From positions 64,001-128,000 of the forward strand of contig JAZDCY010000016.1 of NCBI GenBank assembly GCA_036679645.1: a stretch of 64,000 nt of DNA. Direction: 5' to 3'. Below are positions 1-7,308 of this stretch, piece after piece. Position numbers and translations under genes: made by a program. Below the pieces are notes generated by a model that was not told the DNA's origin, searched no databases, and saw only the letters and a list, made by a program, of their open reading frames with translations. The stretch is from Gemmatimonadota bacterium (GTDB taxonomy: Bacteria > Gemmatimonadota > Gemmatimonadetes > Gemmatimonadales > GWC2-71-9). How positions within the stretch are numbered: position 1 is the first letter of the stretch; every line of letters starts with the position of its first letter.

Positions 1-248
1 CGCCGGTTCTTGTCGACGGCGGCATCAGGTACGATGCGGGCGCGGTGGATCAGGCCGAGTCGGTAGTGCGCCTCGGCGTTACGCAGGTTGTGGTCGATGA
101 GGTCTTCGAAGATGGCAATGGCCGCCGCCGTGTCCGCCTGGACCAGCAAACGGGAGGCGGCATCCAGCGTCTGCGCACTGGTCCCCCGCGGCGCGGCCCC
201 CAGCGCCACCAACCCGAATAGGGCGACGACTCTCCAGCGCACAGCCAT
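1..248 (-). CDS. Secreted TPR-like protein, 5' portion only (runs off window edge)
   Basis: Manual translation from the ATG at 248 gives MAVRWRVVALFGLVALGAAPRGTSAQ (signal-peptide-like), then AIAIFEDLIDHNLRNAEAHYRLGLIH (TPR-like). The frame stays open to position 1. Confidence 0.6.
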   Translation of the reverse strand, partial: MAVRWRVVALFGLVALGAAPRGTSAQTLDAASRLLVQADTAAAIAIFEDLIDHNLRNAEAHYRLGLIHRARIVPDAAVDKNR

Positions 249-366
249 GATCCGGTACTACCCTAGCTAGAGTCTCCCGTTTCCCGCTCCAACCTTGCCC
301 CGCATCGTCCCATTCCCCCCGTACCACACCCTACTCGCCGCACCCATTACACTCGGCACTCGGCAC

Positions 367-1392
367 CTATTCAAACATCGACCCCTGTCCCCCGACCGGC
401 GGGGTGAACCCGAAATGCCGGTACGCCGCCGGCGTGGCCGCCCGACCGCGGGGCGTGCGGTGGAGAAACCCGCGCTGAATGAGGAACGGTTCGTAGACCT
501 CTTCGATCGTCCCCGCGTCCTCGCCTACCGCAACGGCGATCGTGTTCAGGCCCACGGGCCCGCCGCCGAACTGCTCGATGATGAGCTTGAGAATGCGGCC
601 GTCCATGTCATCGAGCCCATACTCATCGACGTTCAGTCGTGCCAGCGCCGACTTGGCGATGGCCTGCGTGACGGTGCCGTCCGCCTTGACCTGCGCGAAG
701 TCGCGCACGCGCCGGAGGAGGCGGTTCGCGACGCGCGGCGTGCCGCGGCTCCGTTTCGCGATCTCCCAGGCGCCTTCGCGGTCGATCGTGACGTCGAGTA
801 TCCCAGCTGACCGGACGATAATGGCCGCCAGGTCCTCTGGCGGATAGTAGCCCAAGCGCTCGACGATGCCGAACCGGGCGCGCATGGGAGGCGTGAGCAT
901 CCCGTACCGAGTCGACGCACCCACGAGCGTGAACGGCTGGAGATCCATGGGAATCGTCTGCGCGTGCGGGCCGTCGGCAATGCGCACGTCGACGCGAAAG
1001 TCTTCCATGGCGGGGTAGAGGAACTCTTCCAGCTGCGGTCGAAGACGATGGATCTCGTCTATGAAGAATACGTCGCCGCGTTCGAGCGTCGTCAGCATCC
1101 CCACGAGGTCGCCCGGTTTTTCCAGGACCGGTCCGCTGCTGGTGCGGAGATTCACTCCCATCTCCCGGGCGACGAGTATGGCGAGTGTCGTCTTCCCGAG
1201 GCCCGGTGGGCCGAAGAAAAGCGTGTGATCGAGTTGGTCCCCCCGCTGTTTGGCCGCGTCGATCGCAATCTGCAGGCTCTCCTTCACCTGCTCCTGGCCC
1301 ACGAACTCGTCGAGGCGAGACGGGCGCAACGTCGTCTCGGCGGATTGCTCCTCGGGCAGGATGTCCGGAGTCGTGATCTCGCGGTTGGTCAT
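367..1392 (-). CDS. ruvB: Holliday junction branch migration helicase RuvB
   Basis: [13 protein letters not shown]-terminus, Walker [46 protein letters not shown]. Confidence 0.98.
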   Translation of the reverse strand: MTNREITTPDILPEEQSAETTLRPSRLDEFVGQEQVKESLQIAIDAAKQRGDQLDHTLFFGPPGLGKTTLAILVAREMGVNLRTSSGPVLEKPGDLVGMLTTLERGDVFFIDEIHRLRPQLEEFLYPAMEDFRVDVRIADGPHAQTIPMDLQPFTLVGASTRYGMLTPPMRARFGIVERLGYYPPEDLAAIIVRSAGILDVTIDREGAWEIAKRSRGTPRVANRLLRRVRDFAQVKADGTVTQAIAKSALARLNVDEYGLDDMDGRILKLIIEQFGGGPVGLNTIAVAVGEDAGTIEEVYEPFLIQRGFLHRTPRGRAATPAAYRHFGFTPPVGGQGSMFE

Positions 1393-1553
1393 GTTTTGGG
1401 GGCCGCGTGCCAGAACACCGGACGCTCGCGCTTCTCGATTGTGTGACGGGTCCGGCAGGTGTAGCAGCGATCGTCGGCGCGTGTGGCATTAGGCGGGACG
1501 AGCCGCCGATTCGTTGCGCCACACTTGGTGCACTGCCATTCCGCGGTGGTCAT
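1389..1553 (-). CDS. Small zinc-ribbon protein (54 aa, CxxC-x18-CxxC)
   Basis: [37 protein letters not shown]...; ATGA overlaps with both the ruvA stop and the ruvB start; GGGAG lies upstream of the ATG. Confidence 0.75.
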   Translation of the reverse strand: MTTAEWQCTKCGATNRRLVPPNATRADDRCYTCRTRHTIEKRERPVFWHAAPKT

Positions 1554-2143
1554 GTCGCTCCCGTCAGAGACTGGAGGGCTGTCCGGATCACGTCGGCCGT
1601 GTTCGCCTGACCGTGCTCCGCAACGGCCGCCCGCACGGCGCGGTCGGCTTCCGCCGCGCGGTACCCGAGGTTCGTGAGCGCCTGTACCGCCTGGTCGGCG
1701 GCCGGCAACGGCGCGGGGGCGTCTCCGGCCGCAGAGAGGTCGCGCATCTTGTCCTTCAGTTCGAGCACCAGGCGTTCGGCCGTCTTCTTGCCTACACCCG
1801 GCACGGTGCACAGTGCGCCCAGGTCGCCTCCCCGTAGCGCCTGCACCACCCGGTCGCCACCCAACGCAGACAGCATCGCGAGCGCGAGCCTAGGTCCCAC
1901 ACCGGAAGTACCGAGGAGCCGCTGGAACACGAGGCGCTCGTACTCGCGGTCGAACCCGTAGAGCGCCCACCCGTCATCGCGCACTACCAGTACCGTGTTG
2001 AGATCGACGGCTGCGCCCTCACGCGGCAGCCGTTCGAGCACGCCGAGCGGAACGGCCAACTCGTATCGGACACCGGCTGCCGTTTCCACCGTGACCTTGT
2101 CGCCGGTCCGCGCGGTCAGGGTCCCCCGGATGCCGGCAATCAC
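1550..2143 (-). CDS. ruvA: Holliday junction DNA-binding protein RuvA
   Basis: MIAGIRGTL start, LYGF, HhH motifs GVGPRLAL and VPGVGKKTAERLVLELKDK, C-terminal AVQALTNLGY; lies between ruvC and ruvB. Confidence 0.97.
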   Translation of the reverse strand: MIAGIRGTLTARTGDKVTVETAAGVRYELAVPLGVLERLPREGAAVDLNTVLVVRDDGWALYGFDREYERLVFQRLLGTSGVGPRLALAMLSALGGDRVVQALRGGDLGALCTVPGVGKKTAERLVLELKDKMRDLSAAGDAPAPLPAADQAVQALTNLGYRAAEADRAVRAAVAEHGQANTADVIRTALQSLTGAT

Positions 2144-2625
2144 GGGCGTGCCGACGTCAGGATATAGGTCAACGCCAGGGCGATGCCGTCGGCGGCGTCG
2201 TGGGGCGATGGTTGCTCGCGCAATCGGAGAAGCTGCATGACCATGTACGCGACCTGGTTCTTGGTGGCTTGACCGCGTCCCACCACCGTTTTCTTGACGG
2301 CGGCTGGCGCGAACTCGGCTATTTGCGCGCCCGCCTGCTCCGCCGCCAGCAGGATGACGCCGCGGGCGTGACTCAACGATACGGTCGTCCGCACGTTCTT
2401 CGCGTAGAACGTGCTCTCGACGGCGATAACCTGCGGCTCGTGCCCGGCAATCAGCGCCTCGACCTCGGTGTAAAGGTGCCGCAGACGCGTCGCGAGTTCA
2501 GCCCGCGCGGGCGTCCGGATCACGCCACATTCGACAAGTCGGCCGGCACCTCGCGGCGATCGTTCCACGACGCCGTAGCCGGTAACGGCGGTGCCGGGAT
2601 CGATCCCCAGCACCAGCTCGCTCAC
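2140..2625 (-). CDS. ruvC: Crossover junction endodeoxyribonuclease RuvC
   Basis: VLGIDPG, IAVE, HARGVILL, GQATKNQV, PHDAADGIALA catalytic motifs. Confidence 0.97.
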   Translation of the reverse strand: MSELVLGIDPGTAVTGYGVVERSPRGAGRLVECGVIRTPARAELATRLRHLYTEVEALIAGHEPQVIAVESTFYAKNVRTTVSLSHARGVILLAAEQAGAQIAEFAPAAVKKTVVGRGQATKNQVAYMVMQLLRLREQPSPHDAADGIALALTYILTSARP

Positions 2626-3371
2626 CCGCCGACCGCCGCTAGCGTCTCCGCATCGATATCGAAATTGCTGAACACTTTCGAGACGTCGTCGTGATCTTCG
2701 ATCGCCTCCATGAGGCGCAGGAGCCGTTCGGCATCGGGGCGCTCGACCTTCACGGTATTCGTCGGAATCATGGCGATTTCAGAATGTTCGGGCTCCATGT
2801 CGCGGCTGCGCAGGCCGTCGAGCACCTGATGCAATGCGGTGGGGTCGGTGGTGATGACGTATACGTCACCATCCCGAACGAAATCGTCCGCACCCGCCTC
2901 CAATGCCGCCTCCAGGGTCGAATCCTCGTCATAGCGTGAGGCATCGAGCGTCATCTGCCCCTTTTTCTCGAACATCCACCCGACCGATCCCGCGCTGCCG
3001 AGACTGCCGCCCTTTCTCGAGAAGATATGCCGGAGTTCCGCCACCGTGCGGTTGAGGTTGTCAGTGGTAACCTGGATCATGATGGCGGCTCCACCGGGGC
3101 CGAAGCCCTCATACGTCGCCTCCTCGTATGAGACCCCCTCCAATTCGCCGGTGCCCTTCTTGACGGCTCGATCGATGTTGTCGGCCGGCATGTTCGCGGC
3201 CTTGGCGGCCTCGACCGCGGAGCGTAGGCGTGCGTTGCCTGACGGGTCACCCCCGCCTCCGCGCGCGGCGACCGTGATTTCCTTTATCAACTTGGTGAAC
3301 TTGGCGCCGCGCTTTGCGTCGGTCACCGCCTTCTTGTGCTTGATCTGCTTCCACTTGCTGTGGCCAGCCAT
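2622..3371 (-). CDS. yebC: YebC/PmpR family protein
   Basis: MAGHSKWKQIKHKK, YEGFGPGG, TDNLNRT, EDHDDV; canonical position upstream of ruvC. Confidence 0.97.
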   Translation of the reverse strand: MAGHSKWKQIKHKKAVTDAKRGAKFTKLIKEITVAARGGGGDPSGNARLRSAVEAAKAANMPADNIDRAVKKGTGELEGVSYEEATYEGFGPGGAAIMIQVTTDNLNRTVAELRHIFSRKGGSLGSAGSVGWMFEKKGQMTLDASRYDEDSTLEAALEAGADDFVRDGDVYVITTDPTALHQVLDGLRSRDMEPEHSEIAMIPTNTVKVERPDAERLLRLMEAIEDHDDVSKVFSNFDIDAETLAAVGG

Positions 3372-3409
3372 ACAGCCTCGTCGGTGCGGCGACGGTTCGT
3401 GAGATCACC

Positions 3410-3439
3410 AATATAGATGGGCTCGAGAGAGGGTAGCAA
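3410..3439 (-). promoter_or_regulatory. Putative sigma70 promoter of yebC-ruv operon
   Basis: Minus strand TTGCTA-18 nt-TATATT upstream of the yebC ATG. Confidence 0.5.
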
Positions 3440-3456
3440 CGCGCACGGCGCCGGCA

Positions 3457-4314
3457 TCAGTCCGGGTCGAGCAGATCCTCGAACCGCATCCACTGCTGGT
3501 GGAAATAGAGATCGATAAAACCGGTCGGACCGCTGCGGTTCTTGGCGATCAGTAATTCCGTGGCGCCTTCGACCCCTCCCCCGGGGTTGTACATCTCTTC
3601 CCGATACAGGCTCAGTACGATATCGGCGTGTTGTTTGACCGAACCGAGTGTCCCGAAGTCGTCGAGCGTAGGTCGCGGGTCGTCCCGTGTGGCGAGCTTC
3701 GGCAGCTGCGCTACGGCAAGACAGGCAACGTCGTGCTCCATGGCGACGGCCTTGAGCTCGCGCAGGGCCCACGCGGCGTCTTCCTCCTGTGTGAGGCGCG
3801 CGGAGGGAGGCGGAAGCAGCTGCAAGTAGTCGATGATCAGGAGTGCGGGTTGGTGTCCCCACGCGGGCTCCAGCACGTCGTCGAACTGCCGGGCAGTCAT
3901 TGGGTAGACGGTGAACTGTATGTCGCGGATGCGCAGGGCCGCTGCGCCGATGGCTGAGCGCGCTTGGTCGGACAGTGCCCCGGCGCGCAGGTCATCGATT
4001 TGCTGACGGCCTTCCATGGCCAGAGCGCGCTCGAGAATGCGATCCTCGTTCATCTCGCCAGAGATGAGCACGACGGGGTATTCCTGTGCCGCGGTCCGGA
4101 GCGCCACCGCGAGCGCGAACGCCGACTTGCCGGCACCGACATCTCCGCCCAGGACCACTAGGTCGCGCCGCCGAAATCCGCCCCCCAAAGCCCGGTCCAC
4201 CGATGGGAACCCCGTCGGGACGGTGTCGGGCGCGGGACGCTCGGGCTCGCGCTCATCGACCTGGCGGATGAGGTTAGTGAGCGAGTCGCGTGCGATGCGC
4301 CGGGGTGCGCTCAT
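3457..4314 (-). CDS. DnaB-like helicase, C-terminal (RecA-fold) domain only
   Basis: VPTGFPSVD, P-loop GGDVGAGKS, ISGEM, IIDYLQLL, AVAQL, HADIVLSLYR, IAKNRSGPTG. About 285 aa from MSAPRR, with no DnaB N-terminal domain. Confidence 0.85.
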   Translation of the reverse strand: MSAPRRIARDSLTNLIRQVDEREPERPAPDTVPTGFPSVDRALGGGFRRRDLVVLGGDVGAGKSAFALAVALRTAAQEYPVVLISGEMNEDRILERALAMEGRQQIDDLRAGALSDQARSAIGAAALRIRDIQFTVYPMTARQFDDVLEPAWGHQPALLIIDYLQLLPPPSARLTQEEDAAWALRELKAVAMEHDVACLAVAQLPKLATRDDPRPTLDDFGTLGSVKQHADIVLSLYREEMYNPGGGVEGATELLIAKNRSGPTGFIDLYFHQQWMRFEDLLDPD

Positions 4315-4699
4315 GCCGTCTTTGCTCCTTGATGGCGGACCGTGCCAATCGCAATGCCTGTCCCAACGCGTCGGCCACATTGGGACCCAGTGTTTCGCGG
4401 GCCGGGGCGACCAGTTGCCCCATAGCTGTGGCACCCGCATCGGGTGTGCCCTCTGCCAGCAGGGCGAACCCCGCCTTCAGAGCCCGCCGCAGGGGCACCG
4501 GTACGGAGAGACTGCTGACCCGCCGCTCGAGCGCATCGAGACGCCGGCGATGCGTGCGTGCGGTCACTGCATGCGGCGGCAGCAGGCCTTCAGCCACGCG
4601 TGCGAACAACCAGATTGCGAAGACACCGTTCCGTTTCGGACCCCGTGCTTCGGCGGCGAGGGCATCCACCAATAGGTCCTGAACGACGTGGAAGCTCAT
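4274..4699 (-). CDS. Hypothetical, predicted all-helical protein (141 aa)
   Basis: The start overlaps the GT9 gene stop (ATGA); Ala/Leu/Arg-rich amphipathic sequence; fills the gap to the DnaB-like gene. Confidence 0.65.
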   Translation of the reverse strand: MSFHVVQDLLVDALAAEARGPKRNGVFAIWLFARVAEGLLPPHAVTARTHRRRLDALERRVSSLSVPVPLRRALKAGFALLAEGTPDAGATAMGQLVAPARETLGPNVADALGQALRLARSAIKEQRRHERTPAHRTRLAH

Positions 4700-5658
4700 G
4701 CCGCCGACAATGCCGCGTGAACCTCTGCGGGACTGATGTCAATCATGCATCGGTGGTGTCCCAATGGGCAGTGGGTGCCTCCGAACCGCGAACAGGGGCG
4801 GCAGGATAGGGACCGCTGGAGCACAACCGCTTTCGACCGGTACGGAAAGAAGCCAAACGCCTCTACCGTGGGCCCAAAGAGGGCGATGACCGGTGTCCTG
4901 ACGGCGGTAGCGAGGTGCATCAGGCCCGAATCGTTGGCCACCACCGCCTGCGCGTTCCGCAGCAAGGCGCCTGTCACGCCCAGGTCGGTGGCGAAAGCGT
5001 CGATGACGGGTGCTCCGGCAAGACAGGTGCGCTCGTGCGCGAGCCCAACACCGACAACGCGCCGCCCGGAACTCTCGAGGCGGGTGGCAAGCTGCCGCCA
5101 GTGATGGGCCGGCCAGCGTTTGGTGGCGTGCGCCGCGCCCGGCGCGAGGACCACGTAGTCTCCCTGTACGATGTCTCTCGCGCGCGACTGGTCACCAGGT
5201 GTGGTGAAGAACTCCGGGGGCGCACCATCGGGGATCGCGCTGATGGATCGGGCGGCCTCGAAGTATCGCTCGGCCATGGGCCCGGGCCCGCGCGCGCGGC
5301 GTTTCCACGTGATGAGAAGTCTGCGGCGCACTCGCCACTTGCGATAGGTGCCCCACCGTCCGCCGAGCAACAAGCGTAATGCTCGGCTACGCAGGCTACC
5401 GTGCAGGTCGAGCCGGTGATGCCATCGTGTGATGGCCAAGCGCGCGGCCAGCGAGCGGACGGTCATGCCCGGTTCCAGCGTGACCACGTGCCGTACGTAG
5501 GGGCTGTGCGTCACCAGCGCGCGGTACGCCTCTTTGGTCACGTACGTGATCTCGGTAGACGGGTTCGCGGTCGCGATCGCACGGAGCAGCGGTGTAGTCA
5601 GGATCACGTCGCCCAACGAGCCAAAACGAACCACGAGGACGGTGGTTGCCAAAGGCAT
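4696..5658 (-). CDS. Glycosyltransferase family 9 (LPS heptosyltransferase, WaaF/RfaF-like)
   Basis: VLVVRFGSLGDVILTTP, LDLHGSLRS, APGAAHATKRWP, NDSGLMHLATA, ALFGPT. The true start is MPLATT; the longer ORF-track frame is a shadow extension. Confidence 0.9.
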   Translation of the reverse strand: MPLATTVLVVRFGSLGDVILTTPLLRAIATANPSTEITYVTKEAYRALVTHSPYVRHVVTLEPGMTVRSLAARLAITRWHHRLDLHGSLRSRALRLLLGGRWGTYRKWRVRRRLLITWKRRARGPGPMAERYFEAARSISAIPDGAPPEFFTTPGDQSRARDIVQGDYVVLAPGAAHATKRWPAHHWRQLATRLESSGRRVVGVGLAHERTCLAGAPVIDAFATDLGVTGALLRNAQAVVANDSGLMHLATAVRTPVIALFGPTVEAFGFFPYRSKAVVLQRSLSCRPCSRFGGTHCPLGHHRCMIDISPAEVHAALSAA

Positions 5659-5700
5659 GCTAGCAGAATGTACGATTCGCCGGCGAGTCCGGCCACCGCG

Positions 5701-5729
5701 TTGCCGCCTGTCCGTAGCGCCGGTAGCTT
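5701..5729 (+). promoter_or_regulatory. Putative sigma70 promoter giving a leaderless transcript of the PorX-like gene
   Basis: TTGCCG-17 nt-TAGCTT, then 7 nt to the ATG at 5737; no SD sequence. Confidence 0.55.
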
Positions 5730-5736
5730 TCGCCAC

Positions 5737-7308
5737 ATGACGCGACCGAAAACGATTCTCTGGGTCGACGACGAGATCGAGTCGCTCGAGGCGCATACCC
5801 GGTTTCTCCAGGAGCAGGGATACGAAGTCGAACGTGCGGCGCACGGGGACGATGCGTTGGCCCTGCTCCGGCGACAGCCATACGGGATCGTGTTGCTCGA
5901 CGAGCAGATGCCGGGAAAACGTGGTCTGGAGCTCGTAGCTGAAATCCGCTCGATCGATCCGGCCGTTCCGCTCGTCATGGTGACGAAGAGCGAAGAGGCC
6001 GACACGATGCGCGAGGCGATCGGCATCGAGATGGACGACTATCTCGTCAAACCGGTGAACCCCCGGCAGGTGCTGAGCGTCGTCACGCGGCTGATCGAGG
6101 GCGACAGGATTCGCGAACAACGCCTCGCACGCGACTTCGTCACGCGGTTTCGCGAGCTGGAAGAGCAGCGCGGCCCTCAGATGGGATGGCGTGAGTGGAT
6201 CGACCTCGTCGGAGAACTCTCGCAGTGGGACGTTCGGCTCGGTCAGGGTGATCAGGGCGGGCTTAAAGATGCGTTGCGGACATTGCAGCAGAGCCTGCAC
6301 CAGGACTTCGCACGCTTCATCGAGGCTCGCTACCCCGAGTGGTTGGCCAACCCCGATGGCGACCGACCGCCGCTGTCGGTGGATGTAGTGAGTGAGTTCC
6401 TCTCACCCCTGATCCGGCAGCACGAGACCGTCTTGTTCATCGTCATCGACTGCCTCCGGCTCGATCAATGGGAGGTGCTGAAAGCGCTGGCCACCGAACG
6501 GTTCGATGTCGAGGCGTCCTACTATTTCAGTATCCTGCCAACGGCGACCCCGTATTCACGCAACTCCATCTTCAGCGGGCTGTTCCCCATCGAGATTGCG
6601 GGACGGCATCCGGAGTGGTGGGGGGAGCGCGACGATGAGAGCCTCAATGCGCACGAGTCGGAATTGCTCGAGGAGCAACTGAAGGAGCTACACGGGAAGA
6701 AGGTTCCCATGCGGTATGTAAAGCTCTCGAGTACAGCGGACGGTGAGCAACTTGCCCGACAGCTCCCCGGTTACCTGGCGCAGCCCGGTGTCACCGCGCT
6801 CGTCTTCAATTTCATCGACCAACTCACCCATGGGCGAGCGGAGAACGCCATTCTCTACGAGGTGGCGCGCGACGCTGCGGCGCTCCGCAGCCTGACCAAG
6901 ACGTGGTTTCAGGACTCAGCATTGATGCGCGCGTTGCGCGAGGCCGCACGCCGCGGTGTTCCCGTGCTGGTGACGACGGACCATGGGTCGATTCACTGTC
7001 ACACACCCGCCACCGTGTTCGCCAAGCGGGATGCAACCCAGAGCCTGCGCTACAAGTTCGGCGAGGACTTGCGCGCCGAAGATCCGGACAGCGCGATTAG
7101 TGTGAAAGACATGGCCGCTTGGGGGTTGCCACGCCGTCCGCAGCTCGGTCTGCGGCTGGTGTTGGCGACGGGAGACCGCTTTTTCGTGTATCCTACCAAG
7201 CTTCGGGAGTACCAGGCACGGTATCGCGGAGCGTTTCTGCATGGCGGTGTGACCCCGGAAGAGATGATCCTGCCGGTCGCGCTACTCACGCCGCGCGGAC
7301 CCAGTTGA
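5737..7308 (+). CDS. PorX-like response regulator: receiver domain + PglZ/alkaline-phosphatase-superfamily domain
   Basis: Receiver ILWVDDE, LLDEQMPG, MVTKSEE, YLVKP; PglZ motifs IVIDCLR, ILPTATPYSRNSIF, VTTDHG, FLHGG. Confidence 0.9.
   Translation: MTRPKTILWVDDEIESLEAHTRFLQEQGYEVERAAHGDDALALLRRQPYGIVLLDEQMPGKRGLELVAEIRSIDPAVPLVMVTKSEEADTMREAIGIEMDDYLVKPVNPRQVLSVVTRLIEGDRIREQRLARDFVTRFRELEEQRGPQMGWREWIDLVGELSQWDVRLGQGDQGGLKDALRTLQQSLHQDFARFIEARYPEWLANPDGDRPPLSVDVVSEFLSPLIRQHETVLFIVIDCLRLDQWEVLKALATERFDVEASYYFSILPTATPYSRNSIFSGLFPIEIAGRHPEWWGERDDESLNAHESELLEEQLKELHGKKVPMRYVKLSSTADGEQLARQLPGYLAQPGVTALVFNFIDQLTHGRAENAILYEVARDAAALRSLTKTWFQDSALMRALREAARRGVPVLVTTDHGSIHCHTPATVFAKRDATQSLRYKFGEDLRAEDPDSAISVKDMAAWGLPRRPQLGLRLVLATGDRFFVYPTKLREYQARYRGAFLHGGVTPEEMILPVALLTPRGPS

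Noticed and set aside
5659..6300. Long N-terminal extension of the 534-aa ORF (4696-6300) and the 635-aa version of the regulator
   Set aside because: Shadow reading of the opposite-strand gene in GC-rich DNA. Family motifs begin at 5658 (GT9) and 5737 (receiver).
5737..7308. PglZ domain as evidence of a BREX defence system
   Set aside because: It is fused to a receiver domain (PorX architecture), and no brxC/pglX/brxL genes are nearby.
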